Assembly: GCF_964204645.1 (NCBI RefSeq) | Contig: NC_134028.1 | Span: 16,995,653 to 17,059,652 of the forward strand | From: Tubulanus polymorphus | Taxonomy: Eukaryota; Animalia; Nemertea | Direction of reading: 5' to 3' | DNA length: 64,000 nucleotides | Shown here: piece by piece, positions 37,289 through 49,450 of the stretch | Numbering within the stretch: position 1 is the first letter of the stretch | How the letters are laid out: the number at the start of each line of letters is the position of its first letter | Notes under the pieces: generated by a model | Databases searched by the model: none | Told to the model about the DNA's origin: nothing | Seen by the model: only the letters and a program-made list of their open reading frames with translations | Position numbers and translations under genes: made by a program

Positions 37289-37589
37289 ATGATTTGTCGA
37301 TTTCATACACACAAACACGTGCATTTTCCATTTTTGAAAAATCTGTAAGGAAACAACAATAGAAAAAAATAGAAAATTTGCCTAAGATATTTCATCAATG
37401 AATTTCAATAGCCTAGCCCAGTCAATGATCCAAACTATCTTACAGAGCTAGGTCACGTAAAATTTTAGATTGAATAATATCATATCCAAATGAAGTATAT
37501 CGTATAAATAGCTGAGCTATGAATGGAGTTGATTTGATTTAACTTGAGACATGAGCTAGGCCTATATCGATGCAATATCAATATGCTCT

Positions 37590-38063
37590 AATGCGAGTAT
37601 TAGGCTATAATAACGCTGGTATCCGGCTACTAGCCTGCGTGGATATTGAGCTAATGCTCTTAACGCGGTTATCAGGCTACTGCCCTAACGCGAGTATCCA
37701 TGCAGCTACAAGCCTACGTGAGTATTGAGCTACTAGTCTAATGCTGGTATCAGGCTACTACCCTAAGGCGGGTATCGAGCTACTGCTCTAAACACGGGTA
37801 TCCAGCTACTAGTCTAACGCCGGTATCAGGCAACTGCGGCTCTAACGCAGGTATCAGACTACTGCCCTAACGCAGGAATGAGGCGACTGCCTTAATGCCG
37901 GTAATGAGCAACTAGTCTAACGCCGGTATGAGGCAACTGTGGTTAATGCAGGCTACTGCTCTAACGTGGGTATTGACCTACAAGCCTTCGCGAGTATTGA
38001 GCTACTGCCTAACGCAGGTATCAGGCTACTGCCGTAACGCGGATATCAGGCTACTGCCGTAAC
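37590..38063. repeat. 25-bp minisatellite (GCGGATATCAGGCTACTGCCGTAAC), diverged part
   Basis: About 18 degenerate copies, closest to consensus at the right edge. Confidence 0.85.
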
Positions 38064-38953
38064 GGCTGTTCGAATATCACGGATACCGGATACCGGACAC
38101 CTAAATACCGGATACCGGATACTCGAGATTGCGGAGTATATAGCGCATCGGGTCTAATGGTCAGCGGTAAACGGCAGTTCGTCTGAGAACAAGTAAATAA
38201 TAAAAGGCCTAGATTATTTTCATATTAATACATAGGTATATCCTTTTCAAATACAGTAGTAGCATACAAAATGTTACCGGTATAGACAATTCAATTCAGA
38301 TTTATTGCTTCCGAGTAATATCACGATTACATACGACAGACACGGTAACAAACAGTGGAAATATTTTTTATCATTCTGCCAATATGAACGGATTACCGAA
38401 TAGACCGTTACCGTTTTGGGCAGAGCTACTGTACAATACAAAATATCTTTATCATTCAGTTTCACGAAAGAAGAAGGCCATTTTAATAAGGCTAAGCTTT
38501 GACGATCTATATTTTCATGATCTTTAGAATCAAATTTAACATCAGGGTAAATAGTCACTTAGAGGTATGGTAGGTACCGGCATTCGACTAACTGATTTTT
38601 GAAGGTTATACCAAAACAATTGGTGTCCAGGGGTGTTGATTTGCGTTGATTTTCGACGATCGCCATGGACTCAATTTCATTTTTAGGGACATCGTGATTG
38701 AGAATGAAATGTAGACATATCGTCCAATAAATAGAATATTATCCTCCATAAAATAAGAAAACGAATTTTAATTCTTTGTTCTTAAATACTTGTATTTCAT
38801 TGGTGTTCAGCTCAACTATTCCATCGTAAATGAACAAATACAAAATGTAGAGATCTTTAAAACAAACTTTATTAGAAGAAACTTTAGAACTGCCAGACTC
38901 GCTTATGGCCTTCTAACTTGAGATATAGGGCCTAGCAGTATAGCAGTACTCAG

Positions 38954-39807
38954 GGTTAGCGGTAAAAATCCCCTAGGTCAAAATCCCCAATTATTCAAAG
39001 TAGGTAAAAATCCCCCACCTTTTGAATGGAGTCCAGATTAGATACAATTTTAAGGTCAATTTATTTGTATTAATATATTCTATTTAGTTACGTTAAATAG
39101 AAATATCATGAATATAGAAGTTATCGTATTTGAATGAAAAATATAAAATTAGAAGTTAGTTAATTTACAAAATCGCATCACATAGTAAATCACAAAAAAT
39201 TGGTACTTCATTAATACTGTATCGCAGAAAATATAAGTTAAAAAGAAAAAAAGAGGTCATCGCAGAGTTCAAACATATCATGATCTTAAATTTCAAAATG
39301 CACTCCAAATTAAAAGTTCATTGATATCGCACAGCTTAAATAACATATCACAAGTTAAAAATGGCTCATGAAATAGATTTTGAAGTTTAAAAAGTATTGT
39401 CACTTATTAATTGAGTAAGTTAGCTTGTCACTCATTAATTTTGAGTAAGTTAGCTAACCAGTTATTCACAATAAATAGTAACTACGTTTACTAGATTTTG
39501 TTTCTTTATCTTCGTTTTTCCTAAAAATGATTTTTGACCATTGACTTTATTAAGATAAACTTAAATGCTAAACAAAATACAGTTAAATCCATACAAAGCT
39601 ACAAATTTAAGGAAGAAAAAAATTCAATCGCAAAAAGGCAGAAATAATGATAATAAATTTAGTAAAAATGATAATAAATGGATAGTACTTGAGAAATATC
39701 TTGCTTTAAAATGTTCTCTAGATGTGAAGTGGGGATTTTTACCTACTTTGAATAATTGGGGATTTTTACCTGGGGGATTATTACCTAGGGGATTTTTACC
39801 TACAACC
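38954..39807. mobile_element. MITE with GGTAAAAATCCCC subterminal repeats, 8-bp TSD GTACTCAG (Mutator-like)
   Basis: GGTT..GGTAAAAATCCCCTAGG / CCTAGGGGATTTTTACCTACAACC inverted ends; TSD at 38946-38953 and 39808-39815. Confidence 0.8.
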
Positions 39808-40339
39808 GTACTCAGCCCTATTAATGAAAGGATTTTACAGAAAAACCAAAAAGGGCCACCAATACATATCCATCACCAGTGAAGTAAGATAATAAAAAAT
39901 GAATATAACGTTTAACTTCACCTAACCAAAGAAAAACAGTATTCAGAAAGAAATATGTATAATATTGAGAAAGTATGAAGTACAACAGTTTGCATGAAAT
40001 CTAGTGCAGGTCGCTAGAAAATAACAGCTGTGAAAATGCCAGACCTAAATAATACCAGGACAGAATTTTAGAACATTAATTCAAAGCTTATTACACTAAC
40101 TCAAAACTGTAAGCTCAACTAAAAAAAATTTGGGATGTAACATGATGACGTATTTACATATATTATATTATTTTTATACATTTGCGTATTGATTTGTTAT
40201 AACCTTCAACTAGAATTATATCAGAAAATAATGAAATGCGTTTGAAATACAATTCTACCAAATTCCGTCCTGGCATTTTCTAAGTCCAGAATTATCTGTG
40301 GTTATTTTCTGATAAAAATTTAGCTAGGCTTGTTAACGC

Positions 40340-40514
40340 CTACCTAAGATTTCGGAAGGTTAGGCGTACCTCATAGCGCTTTACCTGTAATCTTTTACAA
40401 TTTCGGAAGACGGCTAAGCATACTTCACAACGCTTTACCTGTAATCCTTTATGATTTCGGAAGACGGCTAGGCGTACTTCACAACGCTTTACCTGTAATC
40501 CTTTATGATTATTC
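40340..40514 (-). repeat. 54-bp tandem repeat (~3 copies), possibly a 3' exon of the MULE gene
   Basis: Encodes RNHKGLQVKRCEVRLAVF repeats after a TTTTCAG acceptor on the minus strand. Confidence 0.6.
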
Positions 40515-40613
40515 TGAAAATAGAGAAAATTGTTTAACATTTATGAATTGACTGCAGTAACATCAACATTAGATACGCTAAGTAATCACATTCTTAAGAT
40601 TCTAGAAATGAGT

Positions 40614-43600
40614 TTAACTGAGATATCTGTTCTGGTGACATTTGGTTTGAACCTCTGTACTAACAGAAAGGGACCGAGTTGAAAATGACCGATATTTGTT
40701 TCTAATACAATGCAAATTTAAGTGATAATAGGTTCTTTGGGGTTTATTGGATTTCGTTAATTCACCAGTGTGGGGATGTTTATACGTTCTGAAATCCCAT
40801 TTTCTAACAATAAGGTCACAATTAGTTGATTCTGAATTGCGGAACTCTTTACCGCAGCCATAACATTTTTTTATTAAACCTTGTAAAAAGGTTACTGAAA
40901 AATCATCCAAATTAAGGGAGTCGCATTGCTGCGATGTCGAACCTGAAGAACCACATCTCCTGGGTTGGTTACCTTTGGTTCCACAAGACTGTAAATTTAC
41001 ACTAGATGTTGCAATTTTAAATAAGTTTGTTCTTTTTTTACTACTTTTGTGCCACTTCAAATACTGACCAAGACTTGCTGCTTTTTCGGCAGCTGAAACT
41101 GAATGTGAACAAAGGGAATGGAAGGAAAACTGTTTACACGTACAGAAACAATTGCCACTTTGCACATTAACATTAACCGAATTATTTGTTATCGAAGTAT
41201 CGCTTATAACACTGAACTTCTTAATCAATGGATTATTTGAAGGGGCACAGGCAATAGCATTTGAAGATGACAAAATATTATCAGCTTTTTTCCAAATTGA
41301 AAATAACAATGACTCAACAATCTGAACTCCATATTTATCTTTAGCATCTTTAACGGATATGGATATGTTTGAAGATGGTATAGTAATCAGATTTGAATCC
41401 ACGCGATTATAAAGTTCATGCATCGTTAATGATTGGACCATTTTCAAATGCTCTATGCGCTGTGGGTGCGTCAATTGAAATATATTTTTACAAACAACTG
41501 ATTTAAATTCATCCCTTACGACATATCGTTCGGAAACATTAGAAAACGCTCGGTATAACTCTTCCCTTTCACTCAGAATCATATTTTTTAACGATTTAAT
41601 AAAAGCACATAAACCCAACTCTCTGTTTTGCATCCAGTTCCTCATTCTAGAATTCGTGCTCTCCGAAGAGTTAGTATAAAAGTAGGAAGGTGGATCACCC
41701 ATTCCTGCATTTTGTCTTACATTAGAAATAAAACAACTCTTAATCATGGATAGATTTTCATTCATGTACTTTGAAAATTTTTTAGACTTATCTAATTCAT
41801 TCCAACGAATTTCCAGTTTCTTAAATTGAATATCACATTCATCCGCAGTACGGGAATTAATCAATGCATTTATACTATCATTTCCAAAAATACTAGCTAG
41901 AATTTCATTACTAGAATTTTGATCCAGACCAATACTACTTAACTTACTTATAACATTTTTTTTAAAGTGTCTGGTACAACGTAAATGCAAAGCATTTGGA
42001 AAATAAGACGATACTGCCTGAAAAAGTTCGGTTTCCCCATCAGTACCGAAAGCTATAATGTCTTTTAGATCATGCTTTTCAGTTAATGTTCGAAAAAGGG
42101 TCCCGTAATCGTCTTTTTTCTTAGTGAAATGAAGCAAAACGGGGCCTGTGAATATAGGTGATTCTGCTGATCTTTTACATTGAAGCATTAAATTCTTATA
42201 TGTGATCGGGGTTACATGAAACCTTCCAAATTTAAATGTGGGATCAACTGAAATAGGTGCAAAATCAATTGGATCAGATGAAAACTTAAACATATCATCT
42301 AACTGCTCATTAAAAAAAAGAACTGCAGCGACGTTGGGGTGAACCCCCAAAAACTGAATAAACTCCTTTAGTTCACCCTTAGCCAGGTCCATTAATACTG
42401 CTAATTCATCGTTTTCATGGCAATGAGTAATACCTTTTTTACTTTGTCTAACTTTATAGGATAAACCTCTTGTGGCTAAATCAGCTTGGGAATCAGCAGT
42501 TAATACTGACGATACAGATATAGATTCAGCAGATGTTTGTCCAAGCATATTTTCCTTAGTTGCAGTTACAATAGAGGGTTTAACTCTCGTATGAGGTTTT
42601 TGATTAGTTTTAGAATTTCCATGGGGTCTAGCAGATATCGGATGTTCTTCATTGTCAAATGAATACTGAATTAATACTGAACTGTTGACTATAGTACCAT
42701 TCTTGTCGGTTAAATACATTAGCTTCCTAGAATGGTCTACATCATATTTGTGCCTGTAGTAGGTCTTGTAAAGGTATAAATTACGTTCAATTTTCTGCTT
42801 AGTCATGGAATATTTCTGACCATTGTTTACAATATTTAATTTAGTTTTCCCTTTATGAATATAAACACCATTTCCATCACATTTTATATCAGCAAATGGA
42901 ACTCTTTTTAAATCAATGATAAAAACGACATTTTTATCAACACAATACGGAACTTTGGTACACTTTATAATATTTTCGTTGAGTAAAGTAGTACATACAG
43001 TGTCGATATCCAATTCTTTGCCCTCTTTGAATATGGGTAATTGCTCGTCACCATTGTACAGTTTCATCGGAACAGATCTGTAAAGTTATTCAATTATTCA
43101 TTATTGATGTAAACACAATATATTATGTATATCGTAAGGTAAAGTGACCAATTGTATATATGTATTTACCTTGTATCGTCATTTTCCTCACTGTCATCAG
43201 AGATTACTATACAGTCCGAGACATCTGTGCTATTAGTGCTGTTGGATGGTAAGTTCATAATCCTAAATAGATAAATGAGTTCAAATCAGCAATACCGGTA
43301 TAGCAAATTGGTATTCGGTCAAATAAAAAGATAACTTAAGTTCAGCTGAATAGCGAGAAAATTCAAAGAACTGCAGCTAAATTAAGCAAGCTTACTCGTC
43401 ACTATTTGTTATTCCATTCATAACGTCGTCTGTACAATCATCAGACGATATTTCGATGACTTCCTTTAGATTTGTACTGAAAGTAGGAATTGATAACATA
43501 TTAAAAAAATTATCATCGACTCATAAATCTTCATCAATGACAATAACAAACAAACCCCATCTAAATGTCTGTCATTTACTGATTTTCTTATTCTTCACAT

Positions 43601-43912
43601 GTCACAGAATTTTGATATGATGTTCTAACATAGATATTCTAACATGTTCTAGATATTCTAACATGAAGTGCTTACCTGACATCAACATAACTTGTTAAGT
43701 CATCATCAGATGATGGAGGTTCTGAACTAAAATGAAAGGAAAAAATTTATAACTTCATCAATAAGGTTAGCTATCATAATCAGGGTGTTGTACCTTTCGA
43801 CGCCTATTTCCTCCATGTATTGCTCCAAATGTTTATCGACCTGATGATCTCCCATTGCGGACTGACTGGCGCATTTAAAACCACAAGATATACATTTATA
43901 ACTCCGCTGCCT
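40614..43912 (-). CDS. MULE-type DDE transposase with SWIM finger; 817-aa main exon plus small upstream exons (C2H2 finger)
   Basis: ISVDPTF (D1), FGTDGE (D2), LRCTRH (CxxH), TNSSESTN (E), SWIM CFCTC..LCSH, C-terminal CYGC..YHLNLHC; GT-AG exons at ~43170-43262, 43396-43470, 43676-43726 and 43794-43910. Confidence 0.85.
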
Positions 43913-44675
43913 GAAAAAGAAGTGAATGCATAAGAAAACTGCTACCATTTAAGGGACAACTTATAAGATGGACATTCCCAAAATTGATTAATCATTTTAA
44001 ATGTAAAACCATTTTTTGAATCACATACCTACATACTTTAGATACTTTAGATTTGTTTTTCCTATTATTTCTTGCAGATTCTCCAAGTGAACTATACTAA
44101 AAATGTTGGATAACAATTATGATATAAAAAACAAAAAAACTCAAAGAAGTATTAAATGTTTTTAATTCTGAATGCTAGGAAAGACATAAATTCAATCACC
44201 AAAATCGTTTTTGCAATCTGACCAACCAAACGTATATCTTAGTTATAATGTGGCCTAACTGATATTTTCACTAATAAAATAATTATTTACAACTCTTTTC
44301 CTGGCACTTTCCAGATGGCTCGTGACTATGCCAGGAATAAACTGGCCTTTGAATATAGTATCGCCACATTGTTCGGATGTTGTAGGAAAGTCACTCTGAA
44401 AATAAATAAATAAATAGTACTGAATTTTACAGAAACAAATGAGTAAAAAATAAACAACATTTAATAACTTCCAATTAAAATAAGTAGTTTTATTGGATAG
44501 TTGAGATTCTTTCGTAAATGTCGCACATGTAAGGAGTAAAAATCTGTCAGCAAAATCTATGTTGTGAATAAAACGTTTGAGTTTGTTTTGGCTAAGGATG
44601 TTTTTTTTTCCTTTGGTAACAGTTGCTCTGTCTACCACTAACAACATCATAAAATCTGTATAAACACTTGTATCT

Positions 44676-44915
44676 CTAACGCGGATATAAGGCTACTGCC
44701 CTAACGCGGGTATCAGGCTACTGTCGTAACGCGGATATCAGGCTACTACCGTAACGCGGATATCAGGCTACTGCCGTAACGCGGATATCAAGCTACTGCC
44801 GTAACGCGATTATCAGGCTACTGCCGTAACGCGGATATCAGGCTACTGCCGTAACGCGGATATCAGGATACTGCCCTAACACAGGTATCAGGTTACTGCC
44901 GTAACGCGGATATCA
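44676..44915. repeat. 25-bp minisatellite, homogeneous part (same unit and orientation as 37590-38063)
   Basis: About 9-10 copies of GCGGATATCAGGCTACTGCCGTAAC. Confidence 0.9.
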
Positions 44916-46468
44916 GGAGTAATGGGAAATTGCGGCTTTCAGATCAGAGGTCGTGAGGTCGAGACACCTCATTACCACAAATAATTTTTCCCTAATAAAT
45001 GGCAGATAAAAAAGCATTCTTAGCAATAATAAATAACAGAATAAAACCAGCAAAAAAAAACAATTTGAAAATATAGCTGCAAAGCAGCGATAACGGGTTT
45101 TCTGAGCAGGCGTGCTATTCATAATTTGAAAAGTGGATAATAGAAATATATCTATACGGGATACGCATTTGATGAGTCAAGTCACACCAATGCAGTTTAA
45201 CATAACATAATTTATAGTTATAGTCAAATTGGGGGTTACTCGGGTCGTTTAGTTGTCTGTGGAGTCGAGTAGATTGGTTACCCGTCTGTAACATTGGTTA
45301 TGGAGACTCGTCAGCTTGATGAGTTGTATGTATTATGATTGTGCGCCACCTGCATTTTCCGAAATAATGTTCATATAATTATTTGAAGGGACGATTGAAA
45401 TCAATTATCAACGTACATCTGAATATGTAATAGTCCTTAGTAACTTTCTGTTGCAGAGGGCATAGAAAAGATTTTGAATTATTTAATTAAAATATAAATT
45501 TTATTTACGAAAAATAAACTATTATGGTCAGTACAAATTGAAAATTCATAGTGTATTTCAAAGAACAAGCTTACATAGCTTACAGAATACATCACGTACA
45601 TTTGAATTTTATAAGTGATGGGTAAAAATCAACGTGTGACAGAAAAAAGTGTAGTTAATTATTTAAAAATATCGAAATATGTGCTCTCTTTTTAAACTAA
45701 TGGAGTGATACGCAATTAATCACATGGCCTGTATTAAAAGATAGAACATACAAAATGGATATTTATAAGTCGAAACATGTGAAAAGAAACTAAAACTCTG
45801 ATGTCAGTGACCAGTATGGAATTACACAACGACAATTGGCTTTAAACTCAACAAACATTATTAAAGAATGTTTCAAACAAAATGCTTTATAAAATAACAT
45901 GAATAAACTTGTTTTACAAAACAAGAAAGTACATTTTGAACTTTTGAATCCCATTTATTCACAGTAACCTGTGATGTGGCGATTCTCGGAGCCATCCTTC
46001 TTGGTGACGTCACTAACAAGTGGTCACGGCCGTACGCGTGGACTCATTTCTTTGAAAATCTAGCTTCCTCGCGGAGCGGGACATGGTGACGCTGCGCCCC
46101 ACCCCCTTCGCGCTGAGAAATATCTTATTCCCAGTCAGCAGAGACAGGTTCTAAAGATCATAGAGTGCATCGCTGGAGGGTTTCCGATCCATATAATTGA
46201 ATTTCAATTGGTGCGGTGGCGCTCTCAATGCGGAAGTTTTTGTCATTCCGAAATAAACCGTAAAGTTTCCCAAGACTCTGTTTATAACGCATGCGCATTA
46301 GGAAGTGTTGGGGAAATCAGAAATTGGTCACGTGCGCATGCGTCGCTACATGTGTATTTTTTCCTTAACTGGGTCATGTCAGAACGCTGAAACATAGAAC
46401 TATAACGGAATGAACCTGCGTGAACTTTTGCGCAGCGGGAAGGCGCAGTTTGTTTGGTCACTTAATAG

Positions 46469-47716
46469 TGATCCACAGCTAGATTTTCGTAGTATTTGAA
46501 AATATTTCGTAGTATTTAGAAATGTTCTTAATGTTGTTTCCGTATGCGTAGGGGTTACGTTAAAGTTGTCAGACAAGAACGTAATAGTAGTAAGAATTAC
46601 GAAAGTTCTTGTTCGATGCTTTCATCTACCAACGCAAACCATAAATCAGTCTATAAACAACAATTCTTTCTCGGTTCTTCTGCTGTGAGATCTGGAAACA
46701 TTCAGAAAATCTTTATATAAAACTTTTAAATAGTTGGAACCATATTTGGTTGGGTCGGAACAATGGAGTGTATTTATAATGAGGCTGGTGAAGGGATCAC
46801 GCTGATACTTGATGATATTCCCGGCTACTTTCCGTAAAAGGAAAAACCGGAAGTTTAGGAAGATGTGGTTGTTTTGCTTATCCTGTATTAAAATAGAATT
46901 AGTTAAATTGTAGATAAAATAATTAGTATAAGTATTTCAAATAATTTAAGAATTGATAATCAATCACAATGTATTCCGAATCGTAGTTAATTATAATAAT
47001 TAAAAAAGAAACAATGAATTTGTACTGTAATTAGAAAAGAAAACAAAATTTTGAAAAGATATTTAATTTGAGAAAGATGTTGTTTAAGAACAAATTGTTA
47101 ATAATCGCTAATGTTTTAGAAAAATTAATTTGTGTTAAATGTTAAAACTAGCTGTCTGAAGTTTCTGTTGTCTGTATGCGCTCGTTGGTAATTCACAGAC
47201 AATAGCTGCTCCCTCAACAACGACAAGCAAGGAGTGAGTAAATCACAACGCGTCATGACAGGAGGGTTGGAAGGAAATAGTTAGTTTAGCAAATCAGTTT
47301 TGAAAATAATTTTAGATCAGCAAATCATTAAGGCCAAATTCTATATGACCAAAACAGTAAGGTTGCTGCTCCTTGCCAAAAGTCGAGTGGGAGAGTCGGT
47401 ATTTTAAGAATGCCGATTCTTTCTATAAAAGGGACCCGCATCTTGAGAGAGCAGTCAATCGGGAGAATCTGTACCTTAGTAAGACGAGTGTCGACAGCAG
47501 GACAGGAGAAGCTTCGGAACGATAGGGATTCATATACAATAGGGATTAGGAAAATCATTCTTTGTTCAAGGTAAATAAAATATATTATCTTCAATATTAT
47601 CATCCGGTATTTCAATTTATTTATTCGGATTTGTGCACGGACACGTTCTCTCGCCAGGGCCTTACTCAAGTATTTTATAGATAACGATTAAAGAGAGGAT
47701 TGTGACCGGTGTATCA
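46469..47716 (+). repeat. 5' LTR (1248 bp)
   Basis: Direct repeat of 58760-60012; TATA-like TATAAAA at ~47425, ATTAAA near the 3' end. Confidence 0.95.
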
Positions 47717-47832
47717 CTGGTGCCGAAACCCGGGATATTGGTGTATCACTGGTGCCGAAACCCGGGATATTGGCGTATCACTGGTGCCGAAACCCGGGAT
47801 ATTGGCGTATCACTGGTGCCGAAACCATATTG
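47709..47832 (+). promoter_or_regulatory. Primer-binding site (tRNA-Phe) in four tandem LTR-end+PBS units of 32 bp
   Basis: TGGTGCCGAAACCCGGGA is complementary to the 3' 18 nt of metazoan tRNA-Phe(GAA); units start at 47709, 47741, 47773 and 47805 (last truncated). Confidence 0.9.
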
Positions 47833-47967
47833 ATTAATTATTGTGTCGAGCTTTTATTATTTGTAATTTATTAATTTTAATGGTTCGAATTTTTATTTTT
47901 TCACACTGTGGTGCGAAGAACGCTTTCTCAAAGAAGCGCCGCACTCCAATAAACAGGCCGACACAGG

Positions 47968-48329
47968 CATTGTGGGATTCGAACCCACCCCGTGCACGAC
48001 CATTTCAGATCCCGGAGGAGTTTCGGGAACCATTGTGCGATTCGAACCCATTGCCAACTCCGGTCGTCCCTGTTGAGACATTGCGGGATTCGAACCCGCG
48101 AAGTGCACGACCATTTGAGATTCCGGACACCGAGAGCCGTCGTGGGATTCGAACCCACCACTGCACGCTCATGTGTAATACCGGAGGAGTGTCGGGGACC
48201 TCTGTGGGATTCTAACCCACTCGCCATGCAGGTCGACACCGATGGGGCTGCACTACAGCCATTGAGGGGTTCGAACCCTCCACCTTGTGAATTGCCAAAA
48301 CCGTCCGGCCAGGATGGGGAATCGAACCT
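47968..48329 (-). repeat. Array of seven tRNA T-arm/B-box hairpin motifs with variable spacers in the retroelement leader
   Basis: GNGGGATTCGAACCCNC-type cores at 47976, 48039, 48087, 48146, 48208, 48268 and 48319; the minus strand reads GGTTCGAATCC. Confidence 0.85.
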
Positions 48330-48379
48330 ACATCTGTTTAAAATGTTATTTTAGATTAGTATTCGCTTAAAGATATACA

Positions 48380-49443
48380 ATGTCGACAGGAGGGGAGACG
48401 ACGTACGGCGCGGGTGGCTCACGGGAACGATCCGCTGTAAGCAACGACGTTCTGCAGGCCCTCTCTGGCCTTCGCGAACAGGTGGACACAGCCACGGCGT
48501 TCATGAATTTCTCTTTGCTCCCTAAATTTACGGGACGAGACGACCAGTGCGTCTCTGATTGGTTCAAAGGATTTGACCGTTTGGCCGATCTAAGGGGTTG
48601 GAACGATGACGCTAAAAGGAAACAGTTGTATTGGTTTTTGGCTGGCCCGGCCCTAATCTTATTTAATGATCTTCGAATTGATCAGGGAACCGATGCGGCC
48701 GGTGGCAAAGTTGTCACTCCCTGGGAAAATATTGTCCGTGCGTTTTGCGCGCAATTTAGCCCCACCTCGTGGGCTTTGGTCAAGGAGTCGGCTTTGACGA
48801 CGATGCGACAGGGGGAGACACAACCGGTCGATAGGTTTGCGGAAGAGATTGATCGTGTGGCCTCGAGTTTGAAATTTTCGGACCACCAGAAAAAGATGTT
48901 ACTAATTAACAACTCTCGCCCTGACATCTCTGTCTACCTGTTGTCACAGCGTCCTACGACGTTTAGGGATGCATGGGAAGCAGCCAGAATGGCTGAACAT
49001 ATTGAACAACGAAAGGCTCTGTCGTCTCCCAAGGTATCGCAAATTGGGACCGAACCAATTAAGGCGACAGGAGATGTCATGCTGAGCTACGGGACATGTT
49101 TCGCCAGATCATGGACACTCAAAAATCTACCCGTACTCAGCAAAATGATAGAGGTACCTACTATAGTGAGAACCGTCAATCACAAAGGTCGCAAGATGGA
49201 CAGGTGGTGTGCTATCAATGCCACGCCCCTGGTCATTACGCCAGGAATTGTCCGTCTTGGAGTTACGACCAACAAAGGTCACGGGTCTCGCCAAACCGGG
49301 ACGCATTTCAGCGTGATAGTCGCCGTCCTCGAAATTCTGGTAGGGGTCAGTTTCGGTCACAGAATCTTGGGCGTGATTTCCACCGGATTAGTCGAACATT
49401 TGGTCAGGGAAACGACCGGAGACCTCATCCTATGGACCGATAA
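48380..49443 (+). pseudogene. gag: Gag (capsid + CCHC zinc knuckle), one frameshift near 49090
   Basis: LPKFTG..WFKGF..W..LAGPA, MRQGETQPVDRF; CYQCHAPGHYARNC in the second frame. Confidence 0.88.
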
Positions 49444-49450
49444 GGGTGGG
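49407..49450 (+). promoter_or_regulatory. -1 ribosomal frameshift site G GGA AAC between gag and pol
   Basis: Slippery heptamer 49407-49413 in the gag frame; the -1 frame is open into ORF 49446; GC-rich structured sequence follows. Confidence 0.75.

Noticed and set aside
38064-38130. hAT-like terminus with CGGATAC repeats
   Set aside because: No matching opposite end or TSD found, so it is not called as an element.
40015-40312. Degenerate MITE with AGAAAATAAC..CCAGGAC.GAATTT inverted ends
   Set aside because: Inverted similarity is visible but too diverged to define ends or a TSD.
47328-47669. 113-aa minus-strand ORF, repeated at 59624-59965
   Set aside because: It lies within the LTRs, so the duplication is trivial; TTG start and no recognisable motif.
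47968-48329. CRISPR array
   Set aside because: Repeats are degenerate tRNA T-arm motifs, several spacers resemble each other, there are no cas genes, and the context is a eukaryotic retroelement.
47968-48329. Cluster of tRNA genes on the minus strand
   Set aside because: Only T-arms are present; spacing of 48-63 bp is too short and no acceptor, D or anticodon arms could be folded.
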